Part shown: positions 8,239 through 15,467 of the stretch, piece by piece
How positions within the stretch are numbered: position 1 is the stretch's first letter
How the letters are laid out: every line of letters starts with the position of its first letter
Virus record (IMG/VR): IMGVR_UViG_3300033562_000623
Coordinates: 1-27,607 of that record
Source of the DNA: a virus
Lineage: Duplodnaviria > Caudoviricetes
Length of the DNA stretch: 27,607 bases
Direction: 5' to 3' (one strand)
Translations under genes and position numbers: made by a program
The notes under the pieces: generated by a model
The model's database searches: none
What the model was told of the DNA's origin: nothing
The model's input: only the letters and a program-made list of their open reading frames with translations

Positions 8239-8265
8239 CATAAAAGACTCTGTAATTTTCGCGTG
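8239..8265 (-). promoter_or_regulatory. Conserved 27-bp phage promoter-like element, copy 1
   Basis: CACGCGAAAATTACAGAGTCTTTTATG; aligns without gaps to three other intergenic copies. Confidence 0.7.
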
Positions 8266-8268
8266 GTT

Positions 8269-8295
8269 AAAAAGAAGAGGGGTTGTTATTCCCCT
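8269..8295 (-). terminator. Probable intrinsic terminator
   Basis: AGGGG-AATAACAA-CCCCT followed by CTTCTTTTT, overlapping the stop of the 82-aa gene. Confidence 0.55.
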
Positions 8296-8534
8296 GCTCC
8301 TTTCTGTTTAACTTTAGCTATATAAGCTATTCCCATCTCATTATACTTTGTGCCTAATCTTCCATGTTTTATACATTTTTTAAAAGCTTTTCTTTCTTTC
8401 GTTGTCATCTCAGGACCGTTTGTTGGTTTCCGCCATACTAGTTCATACGCCATAAATTTTTCAAAATGTCTGTCTGACTTTTTTAGTAAATGCTCTAATA
8501 AATATTTTTCACATCTCCACACTAATTTTTTCAT
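8286..8534 (-). CDS. Hypothetical basic protein
   Basis: 82 aa; preceded by the conserved TTATAGGAGGAAATTATTATG leader. Confidence 0.75.
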   Translation of the reverse strand: MKKLVWRCEKYLLEHLLKKSDRHFEKFMAYELVWRKPTNGPEMTTKERKAFKKCIKHGRLGTKYNEMGIAYIAKVKQKGAGE

Positions 8535-8563
8535 AATAATTTCCTCCTATAAATTTAGTGATT

Positions 8564-8593
8564 AAAAAGAATAGTCTTTGTAAGCTCTATTCT
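8564..8593 (-). terminator. Possible intrinsic terminator
   Basis: AGAATAG...CTATTCT stem followed by TTTT. Confidence 0.4.
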
Positions 8594-8600
8594 CATCTTT

Positions 8601-8738
8601 TTATAAAAACTTATCATCTAAAAACTCTTGGATTAATGATATAAGGCATAATCCAAATCCTATTACTAATAGCACTCCACTATCGAAGAACATACTCATT
8701 AATATAACAACTATAGAAATGGCAGACATTAGTTTCAT
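8601..8738 (-). CDS. Small two-TM membrane protein (45 aa)
   Basis: Not in the ORF track: MKLMSAISIVVILMSMFFDSGVLLVIGFGLCLISLIQEFLDDKFL; GGGAGG SD; fills the gap between flanking genes. Confidence 0.7.
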   Translation of the reverse strand: MKLMSAISIVVILMSMFFDSGVLLVIGFGLCLISLIQEFLDDKFL

Positions 8739-8740
8739 AT

Positions 8741-9070
8741 TCAACGTGTCCTCCCTTGAAATATATGAAATACAAAACCCTCTTTATTGATGACTGTACC
8801 TATAAATTTATTTGAATCATCATAAACATGTGCTCCAGTTGGATATACCAATATTTCTGTTCTTTTTATATTATCTTGGCTTGCTACTTCACTTTGATGA
8901 TATATAGATATTGGGTGAGATTCTTTTATCCATATGACAATGGTATCTTCCTGTATACCTACGGATAATATTTCAAAATCACTAATTGTACTAAATACTA
9001 TAGACTCAAAGCCTGTTTCTAATAGTCTTTCTGCGGTACACACCTTATATTTATGAATTACAAAACTCAT
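8741..9070 (-). CDS. Conserved phage hypothetical protein
   Basis: IHKY...ILSVGIQ...IW...TG...FIGTV...FVFHIF pattern seen in many phage proteins; AAGGAGG SD. Confidence 0.75.
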   Translation of the reverse strand: MSFVIHKYKVCTAERLLETGFESIVFSTISDFEILSVGIQEDTIVIWIKESHPISIYHQSEVASQDNIKRTEILVYPTGAHVYDDSNKFIGTVINKEGFVFHIFQGRTR

Positions 9071-9094
9071 ATTAAAATCCTCCTTTTTTATGTC

Positions 9095-9360
9095 TGGCCC
9101 AGAAACCCACTTTTTTTTGCTAACTCTTATATATATTATTTATTAATTAATTATTAAGTAATAAGAAATAAGTGGGCCAAGTGGGCCAAAGTGCCGCAAA
9201 CCCGCTGATATCAAGGGTTTCAGCCGTTTTTTGTGTAAAAATAAGTGGGCCAAAAGTGGGCCAAAAGTGGGCCAAACCAACTTTTACAAGATTTCTCCCT
9301 GAATTATCAACAGTTTTCTCCATCAAAAATTGGTCCAGCCCAGAAATAAGTGGGCCAAAA
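9095..9360. repeat. Iteron-like GTGGGCCAA repeats with AT-rich tract; candidate replication origin
   Basis: Copies at 9172, 9181, 9245, 9256, 9267 and 9350; nearly pure A/T tract at about 9127-9170; imperfect palindrome AAACCCgcTGATATCAaGGGTTT at 9198-9220; intergenic. Confidence 0.7.
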
Positions 9361-9364
9361 AATA

Positions 9365-9619
9365 CTATTTTACAGTATTATCTAACCCCTCTAGTATAAC
9401 ATCGCCCTCAATATTTGTTAAGCTCTTAAAATATTCACTGTGAAAAAAGATACGTAAACCCCGCAAAGAGGCATCATATTGATTTTCATATTTAGGAACG
9501 GTCCCTCTTTTAATCTTATTCAAAGTATGCTTATATTCCAATGCGGCCTGTATAATTATAGCATTTGCCAAATTCTCATAAGGACTATTCTCATTCTCAA
9601 CAACTTCTCCTCTAATCAT
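9365..9619 (-). CDS. Conserved hypothetical protein of clostridial-phage type
   Basis: PYENLANAIIIQAALEYK...FFHSEYFKSLT. Start moved to MIRGE (9619), which follows GGGAGGT. Confidence 0.7.
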   Translation of the reverse strand: MIRGEVVENENSPYENLANAIIIQAALEYKHTLNKIKRGTVPKYENQYDASLRGLRIFFHSEYFKSLTNIEGDVILEGLDNTVK

Positions 9620-9630
9620 GCCGTACCTCC

Positions 9631-9789
9631 CTAATACCAAAATAACCATACAATAATTGCTAATAGCAAACTGCCCCATATTGGAGAAAGTACCCATAAC
9701 CAGGACCATGTAATAACCTTTAAGAGTTTAAGAACGATAAAAACTACAGCCAACAACTCAATCCAAGTAATTGATGATGAATCATTCAT
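9631..9789 (-). CDS. Small membrane protein
   Basis: LLAVVFIVLKLLKVITWSWLWVLSPIW motif common in phage membrane proteins. Start MNDSS at 9789. Confidence 0.75.
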   Translation of the reverse strand: MNDSSSITWIELLAVVFIVLKLLKVITWSWLWVLSPIWGSLLLAIIVWLFWY

Positions 9790-10184
9790 TTTAACAACTC
9801 CTCCTGCATATCTACGGTGTAAATACATAAAGTATTAGTTAATAAGTTAAACGCTATAGAAATGGCATCGGCCTTATATCTCTTAAATATTCGTTGTATA
9901 CAATGTTTTACTATTTTATTTTTTACTTCAATGGGATACATTATACCTGTTGTAACAATTCGCCAACAAGAATACTTTCCAGGGTGTTTATAGTATAACC
10001 TTTGGAAGTAAATCATATCACCATCTAGATCGTAACCGCTCGGATGATTCCTAATGTGTCTTAAAATAAACATCCGCTCAATTCTGGTAGTTCCATCACG
10101 CATACCTATAAGTATATGCCAAACATCTTTAATAAAGTGTCTAAACTGTTTTAGTGTCTCCATATTAATTATCCTTAGAATCAT
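9786..10184 (-). CDS. Hypothetical protein
   Basis: In-operon ORF with overlapping stop/start; true start probably METLK. Confidence 0.6.
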   Translation of the reverse strand: MILRIINMETLKQFRHFIKDVWHILIGMRDGTTRIERMFILRHIRNHPSGYDLDGDMIYFQRLYYKHPGKYSCWRIVTTGIMYPIEVKNKIVKHCIQRIFKRYKADAISIAFNLLTNTLCIYTVDMQEELLK

Positions 10185-11133
10185 CGGTATTAGAATTCAC
10201 AGTAGATATGCAGCACATAATATTCCATACAAAAGCTCTATCATGGGGTTCGTCCGTATCGCCATGAAGCCACTTTAAATAATGTCTAGAAGCACTATTA
10301 ATAAAGCTGTTCACTGGAATACCAAGTTTCCAATTATTTTCTTTATACTTTGAAAGACTATCTTCAAAATGTTTAGATACTTCAAGCACCATTGTTACCG
10401 GGCTTATATATAATCCACGACAAAAATTCATAAGAGTTTGATATAAATAGGAAGTGTCTCCGGTTCTTTTAAAATTTTCTATTAGGGCTAATTCCTTGTA
10501 GTTAGAAAACCTAACAAAGTCATCCTCAGAACATCTGGAAAATAAATCACACACAACATCTAATGGTACTAAATCTACGCGACCCTTTCCCTCTTGAATA
10601 TCTCTAACAGCACCAGATTCAAACGTATGAAAAGTATTTAGGCACAGTGGTTTACATTCTTTAATACACTCTTCACCTTTACCTAAAAGGTCTCTTAGTG
10701 ACTCAAGATCTTGTTCTGGTTTACTAAGTTGTTCATGTCCGGCAAGCTTACTAAATAAGAGTTTTAAGGTATTTACCATCCTATTCAAATATACAAACTC
10801 ATCGGAATTAATATACTTTGTCCCAATAAAATTATGAATGAAGGTCTTTGCGTCGGAATGTAATAATTCATCATTGTCTGTGAAGAAGGCAAAATAATGA
10901 TCTAGGCTGGTAACCAGAAGATCATGCCTTAAATGGGGTCTTACATGGTTCATGCTATGCTGTATAACATCTGAAACATATTTATCAATAGTCTTATAAT
11001 ACTCGTTGGAACCCATATTGCCATCTGATGCTCTAAGAATCTTCCCCTTAGATACCAAATCCCCAACCAAAAGCGTGTCATTATGCACTTGAATATCATC
11101 GAGTACCTCAAAATAATCATATCTTATATCCAT
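10165..11133 (-). CDS. dATP/dGTP diphosphohydrolase-like (DUF5664) domain protein with N-terminal extension
   Basis: FESGAVRD..GKGRVDLVP...KYKENNWKLGIP...SASRHYLKW..GDTDEPHDRAFVWNI. Confidence 0.75.
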   Translation of the reverse strand: MDIRYDYFEVLDDIQVHNDTLLVGDLVSKGKILRASDGNMGSNEYYKTIDKYVSDVIQHSMNHVRPHLRHDLLVTSLDHYFAFFTDNDELLHSDAKTFIHNFIGTKYINSDEFVYLNRMVNTLKLLFSKLAGHEQLSKPEQDLESLRDLLGKGEECIKECKPLCLNTFHTFESGAVRDIQEGKGRVDLVPLDVVCDLFSRCSEDDFVRFSNYKELALIENFKRTGDTSYLYQTLMNFCRGLYISPVTMVLEVSKHFEDSLSKYKENNWKLGIPVNSFINSASRHYLKWLHGDTDEPHDRAFVWNIMCCISTVNSNTDDSKDN

Positions 11134-11143
11134 TTTATTCCTC

Positions 11144-11419
11144 CTAGTCCGCTGGGCGGGGATTTATGCCCTCGCCCGCAAATGTTGCTGTCATTAATAT
11201 TGTATTACCAAGAACTTCTATAAGGCGTAAACAGGCATGAACCGCGACACAATTATGTACAAAAGGACCTTCGTTCGTCTCATTAAACTGTGCTAGGTAT
11301 GCACATACCACTTCAAGATCCTCAGTGACACTGGTAGTAAGTAATCCCCCTAAGTCTAAAAGAGGCCTCCAAGCATCCACTACCGCAGAGCATAAAGCCT
11401 GTACATTGTCATTATCCAT
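11144..11419 (-). CDS. Hypothetical protein
   Basis: Start moved to MDNDN (11419), which follows AAGGAGGG. Confidence 0.65.
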   Translation of the reverse strand: MDNDNVQALCSAVVDAWRPLLDLGGLLTTSVTEDLEVVCAYLAQFNETNEGPFVHNCVAVHACLRLIEVLGNTILMTATFAGEGINPRPAD

Positions 11420-11420
11420 T

Positions 11421-11690
11421 TTAACCCTCCTTATTATAATGCCTATCTTTCGCATTGTCATATATTTCGTCAGCATATACTAGCACCACAAACATCATAA
11501 TGACATTATATACTGGAAAAAAGAGCATTAAAGCTATTTTCGTATACTCTGATATCCTCTTAGCCATTGATATATTTTGCTTCCATGGCTTATATCCATT
11601 TTTCTTTAAGTCTTTTCTAAAAGCCATAGTGATAAGTACCAAGGAAAGGCAGCATATTAAAACACTTAACAAATATAATTTTAGTATCAT
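11421..11690 (-). CDS. Two-TM membrane protein
   Basis: Two hydrophobic segments separated by a basic loop; AAGGAGG SD. Confidence 0.75.
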   Translation of the reverse strand: MILKLYLLSVLICCLSLVLITMAFRKDLKKNGYKPWKQNISMAKRISEYTKIALMLFFPVYNVIMMFVVLVYADEIYDNAKDRHYNKEG

Positions 11691-11707
11691 AGTAAATCCT
11701 CCTTTTA

Positions 11708-11920
11708 TTATAATGAAAAACCAACTCTAACATTCTTCTGCTGAAACTCGAAGTGTTTACATTTAATTTCAACAGTTAATCCATCCTCTGGATCAATGTC
11801 CTCATCAAAGAGTTCTTTTATTTTAGATTCTAGACTAATCTTCTTACTACTAAATACACTACATACTAGTACATGTTGACAGTCTGAACAATTCTGTTTT
11901 CTTATGTCTGGTGTATACAT
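11708..11920 (-). CDS. Small Cys-containing hypothetical protein
   Basis: CSDCQHVLVC...CKHF; AGGAGG SD. Confidence 0.7.
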   Translation of the reverse strand: MYTPDIRKQNCSDCQHVLVCSVFSSKKISLESKIKELFDEDIDPEDGLTVEIKCKHFEFQQKNVRVGFSL

Positions 11921-11931
11921 TAATGATCCTC

Positions 11932-12354
11932 CTATTTTATAAGATCTACTTCAGTGTTTTCCGGTAACTCCATCCAGGCATCATATACAATTTCTTCTGA
12001 CTCGGGTGGAATAGCCCATCCAAAGACTGTCATTTTAGTAATAACGGGGGTAAGATAGGTCTTTGTGTTTTTATTATACCTACGTACTAAAATATCCATA
12101 TTCATCTCTGGCATCTCATCAATAGCAACAAACCCGGACATACTTCTCCATCCAATTTGGCTTATTTCTGAAGCCTGAGAGTAGTGATTACCTTTTAATT
12201 TATTAAACATAGTTAAAGCATTAACTCCCGCAAAAGAGTTAATAATCAAGGGCGTTCCTAACATATCCTTTGTTGCAACAATCAATATTTCTTTACCCGG
12301 AGCATCCATACTCCAACTAACTAGAAAACAACCCGTATTCTTCACTTTCGACAT
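11932..12354 (-). CDS. Hypothetical protein with DUF551-like C-terminus
   Basis: EMPEMNMDILV...AWMELPE. Confidence 0.6.
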   Translation of the reverse strand: MSKVKNTGCFLVSWSMDAPGKEILIVATKDMLGTPLIINSFAGVNALTMFNKLKGNHYSQASEISQIGWRSMSGFVAIDEMPEMNMDILVRRYNKNTKTYLTPVITKMTVFGWAIPPESEEIVYDAWMELPENTEVDLIK

Positions 12355-12566
12355 ATATAACGTCCTCCTTTTGAATTAAGATACTTATCTAAGAAACTAT
12401 ATGAAACACCTGAGACATATTCAAAGGATAAATGACCCTCATCATGTGAGCCAAACCAGCATCCGTAAACTGGCTCAAATCTAGTATAATCATATCCCAC
12501 ACTATCAATTCTCACAACCTTGGGGTAGTTATACTCTAAATTCTCTAAGATATCTCCTTTATTCAA
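12342..12566 (-). CDS. Hypothetical protein
   Basis: TTG start at 12566 follows AGGAGGG; the track start at 12590 falls inside the terminator. Confidence 0.6.
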   Translation of the reverse strand: MNKGDILENLEYNYPKVVRIDSVGYDYTRFEPVYGCWFGSHDEGHLSFEYVSGVSYSFLDKYLNSKGGRYICRK

Positions 12567-12583
12567 AACTAACCCTCCTGAGT

Positions 12584-12618
12584 AAATCAAAATAGAGAGA
12601 GATTGCTCTCCCTCTTCT
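12584..12618 (-). terminator. Intrinsic terminator, exact 35-bp duplicate of 23701-23735
   Basis: AGAGGGAGA-GCAA-TCTCTCTCT then ATTTTGATTT; GNRA tetraloop. Confidence 0.75.
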
Positions 12619-12625
12619 TTGAATT

Positions 12626-12916
12626 TTAAAGTTCTTCATCTTCATCTTCTTCAACTGCTACTACTTCGTCTTCATCATCCGTGTCACATTCACACAGATA
12701 TAAACCATCCTCATCCTCTATTATGTTGAACTCGATTTCTTTTACTCCATCGTCATCCTCATCCTCTTCTTTGCCTTTTCCTAGCATCATTCCTACTTTT
12801 AATAGTCCTGCTACTGCTACCGCAACTCCAACTCCGATTCCTACTTTCTTGTAAGTTTCTTTCTTTTCTTCATAATCAACTTTCTCTTTGATCCATTCTC
12901 TCTGTTTATTAAACAT
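12626..12916 (-). CDS. Single-TM protein with highly acidic C-terminal tail
   Basis: VGIGVGVAVAVAGLL followed by a D/E-rich tail; conserved leader. Confidence 0.8.
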   Translation of the reverse strand: MFNKQREWIKEKVDYEEKKETYKKVGIGVGVAVAVAGLLKVGMMLGKGKEEDEDDDGVKEIEFNIIEDEDGLYLCECDTDDEDEVVAVEEDEDEEL

Positions 12917-12971
12917 AATAATTTCCTCCTATAATATTGTTATTTTAGTTTCCGATACATTACCTTGTATC

Positions 12972-12998
12972 CATTATAGACCTTGTAAATTTCGCGTG
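12972..12998 (-). promoter_or_regulatory. Conserved 27-bp phage promoter-like element, copy 2
   Basis: CACGCGAAATTTACAAGGTCTATAATG. Confidence 0.72.
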
Positions 12999-12999
12999 C

Positions 13000-13224
13000 C
13001 TATCTGCGAATTCCCCCATTTGTGTACTGATACTGAATAGCATGCCCTACTCGAACTGGTATAATACGATAACCTCTGATATCAGTATTCTGTGGTTCCC
13101 TAGTGTGCAAATGCTTTCTAATGTATTTTGTTGTTTGATCCCATTCCTTCTTTTTTGCGGCACTAAAAAATGTCTCGCTATCTTCTAGGTGTGTTATCCG
13201 CCCGTCTAATTTTGTATGTTCCAT
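13000..13224 (-). CDS. Hypothetical protein
   Basis: 74-aa ORF with GGGGGA SD-like site, in operon position. Confidence 0.6.
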   Translation of the reverse strand: MEHTKLDGRITHLEDSETFFSAAKKKEWDQTTKYIRKHLHTREPQNTDIRGYRIIPVRVGHAIQYQYTNGGIRR

Positions 13225-13241
13225 GATGTATATCCCCCTAA

Positions 13242-14477
13242 TTATTTTAGATCTGAGAAACCCTTCTCGTTAAACTTACGCTTCTCAGTCAAAGCCTTAC
13301 CAATTGCGAGATCTAATCCCGAATTAGTTAATAAATGATAATAATATAAGTCTACATAAGGTGTATTCATTCTATCAATTCTTCCGGTAGCTTGGGTTAC
13401 AACTTTGTAGGAGTAGTTCTGTGAAAAGAATACTAAGGTATCCGTAGACACACAGTTCCATCCTTCGGATCCTGCATTATATTGCACTAGGTAAATCCAT
13501 TTAATTGTATCAGGGACTGGCTGGTGTTTATGACCGTTCCATTCTCCAACGGTATGGTCTGAAGCATGAAAGGCCTCTCTCAAGATTTCCAACTCGTAAT
13601 CATAATTATAAAATACTATAAGTCTGGGGTGTTCTGCGGCCAGCTTTAAAACAGCTTCAATTCTTGAGGGATGACTGTTAACTAACTTTCTAAGGCAGTA
13701 ACAAAACTCGCTGGCATTCTTTAAAGGTTTTCCTTCAAATATGTTCCATCGACTTTTTGTTATAAACTTGTATTGTTCTCGATCAAAATCAATAAATACT
13801 TTTTCATGATGCTGAATAGTATGTCGTTCAAAATCCATTGGTATTAGTACTCTACTTCGCAGCCGCTCTAACCTATCCATATTAAAATACCTATCAATAA
13901 CAGGGTACTTAATATAAGGGTTAAAAACTACGTGGTTAGAATTAAACTCAGTCTTGTTTCTATAAAATCCATTAGCTACAAATACTGGTATATAGTCCGT
14001 CCAAGTATCGCCAGGAGTAGCAGAAAGAAGTACCCACTGATTATTTCTGGCAATCTCTAAGAACGACTTAACCCACATTCCGGATCCAACTACACGCTGT
14101 TCGTCAAATATAAAGAATGCATTTCTAACATTTTTATACTTTTTGATGTTATTCCAGGAATCTACCGTGATGTCTACATCATAATGACATAAGTCTTTAT
14201 CTGGATGAAGCCAAAAAGCAGACAGTTCCTTATCCCAATCATGATCGTCTCTCTTTTTAGCGGTAGTTATTATAACCAACGTTATAGGCTTTCTAGTTAG
14301 CTCAGTATAGGGTAAGCCCCATTCTAAGCCATCTTTAAATTCACCACCATTTAGCAAATAATAATATGCGATAGAGGTACGAGACTTTCCAGAACCCGTA
14401 CCCCCGCATAATATACATCCATTGTGCATTTCACTAAGAGCCTTTAATTGATGGTCGTACAGAAACCGCTCATCCAT
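13242..14477 (-). CDS. Superfamily 2 (SNF2/DEAD-like) DNA helicase
   Basis: Q motif LYDHQ, Walker A GGTGSGKS, FDEQ, LLSATP, GSEGWN, QATGRIDR. Confidence 0.9.
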   Translation of the reverse strand: MDERFLYDHQLKALSEMHNGCILCGGTGSGKSRTSIAYYYLLNGGEFKDGLEWGLPYTELTRKPITLVIITTAKKRDDHDWDKELSAFWLHPDKDLCHYDVDITVDSWNNIKKYKNVRNAFFIFDEQRVVGSGMWVKSFLEIARNNQWVLLSATPGDTWTDYIPVFVANGFYRNKTEFNSNHVVFNPYIKYPVIDRYFNMDRLERLRSRVLIPMDFERHTIQHHEKVFIDFDREQYKFITKSRWNIFEGKPLKNASEFCYCLRKLVNSHPSRIEAVLKLAAEHPRLIVFYNYDYELEILREAFHASDHTVGEWNGHKHQPVPDTIKWIYLVQYNAGSEGWNCVSTDTLVFFSQNYSYKVVTQATGRIDRMNTPYVDLYYYHLLTNSGLDLAIGKALTEKRKFNEKGFSDLK

Positions 14478-14492
14478 TAAAATCCTCCATTA

Positions 14493-14963
14493 TTATCTAG
14501 TGTACATGCCTCTGTAAGGATCAATTTGCTCACATTCTACATACATTACTTGAATATAAGCTGATAAAGTTCCATTCTGATTAGGCCAAGGGTTAATAAC
14601 CGCTCTAACATTAGTAACATATGCAAAATCAATTTCTGCTACAGACGAGGCATCCATTAGTACCGGCTGTCCATCTCCAAAGACCATATAGATCAATGGC
14701 GGCTGCTTTGATGTTTCATAATTAGCAACACATTTAACAAAGGCTTTAGGAATAAATCCCTCTTCCTCATTCTCTTTAGGTTTTGTATACCCTACTTTCA
14801 TACCCATAACTTCCATATCAGCTGCTAGACTCAAATCAGGAATTAATATGGTACAGTTTCTTTGACTAGATTTGTATTTACCATTCTTTTCAGGGATACC
14901 TGCCAAATTCCGGTCAAAAATAAAATTAGTGTTGTTTAGTTCAATTGCTCTCGATTCTCTCAT
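14493..14963 (-). CDS. Putative single-stranded DNA-binding protein
   Basis: Beta-rich 156-aa protein (RNLAG...RNCTILI...SAYIQVMYV) between polymerase and helicase; resembles SSB-like proteins recalled for this phage group. Confidence 0.55.
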   Translation of the reverse strand: MRESRAIELNNTNFIFDRNLAGIPEKNGKYKSSQRNCTILIPDLSLAADMEVMGMKVGYTKPKENEEEGFIPKAFVKCVANYETSKQPPLIYMVFGDGQPVLMDASSVAEIDFAYVTNVRAVINPWPNQNGTLSAYIQVMYVECEQIDPYRGMYTR

Positions 14964-14977
14964 AGTAATACTCTCCT

Positions 14978-15172
14978 TTAATATTTTTTTATTTTACATA
15001 ATATCTTTATAAATAAGGATTTTAAGAAGCCCGCTTCATACGACTTATCCCAAGTTAAATGACAGGGACCTTTTACAACATAGCAGGACTCTTTTGTACA
15101 TACCTCATTTTTATCTGGATCACAAATATATAACTTTACGTCAGATGTAGTATCAATGTTTCTTTCTGTCAC
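14978..15172 (-). CDS. Small Cys-rich hypothetical protein
   Basis: LYICDPDKNEVCTKESC....GPCHLT; GTG start with AGGAGG SD. Confidence 0.65.
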   Translation of the reverse strand: MTERNIDTTSDVKLYICDPDKNEVCTKESCYVVKGPCHLTWDKSYEAGFLKSLFIKILCKIKKY

Positions 15173-15183
15173 TTTAAGTCCTC

Positions 15184-15453
15184 CTAATCTGCACTAAACC
15201 AATCCGGAAATACAAGGTCCACAAAGACTCCTGGTCGGACCTCATATAATTCGCTAACTTTGTAGTGCAGAAAGTGATGATACACGTCAGGGGTGATATA
15301 TTCGTAGGGATTAGATATTCTTCGTCCATCCTCATCTATAAACCACCCATCTTCTGGTATCCAATATAGCACTGGTATTTCAAACTCGCAATCAATTCCA
15401 GAGCCAGGTCCTGGAATAAGATGATATGCATTATTTAAGCTTTCTAAACTCAT
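15184..15453 (-). CDS. Hypothetical protein
   Basis: 89 aa; GAGGTG SD. Confidence 0.7.
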   Translation of the reverse strand: MSLESLNNAYHLIPGPGSGIDCEFEIPVLYWIPEDGWFIDEDGRRISNPYEYITPDVYHHFLHYKVSELYEVRPGVFVDLVFPDWFSAD

Positions 15454-15467
15454 AGATCACCTCAATC

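Noticed and set aside
8601-8738. 45-aa two-TM protein as the holin
   Set aside because: No adjacent endolysin and it lies outside the late region; topology alone is not enough.
9172-9399. GTGGGCCAA repeats as a CRISPR array, or the + strand 75-aa ORF over them
   Set aside because: Repeats are only 9-11 bp with irregular or no spacers; the ORF has no SD and simply reads through the repeats.
10165-11133. A complete 2-aminoadenine (Z) or deazaguanine DNA modification pathway
   Set aside because: No PurZ or Que/Dpd-type gene is recognisable in this window; one hydrolase domain is insufficient.
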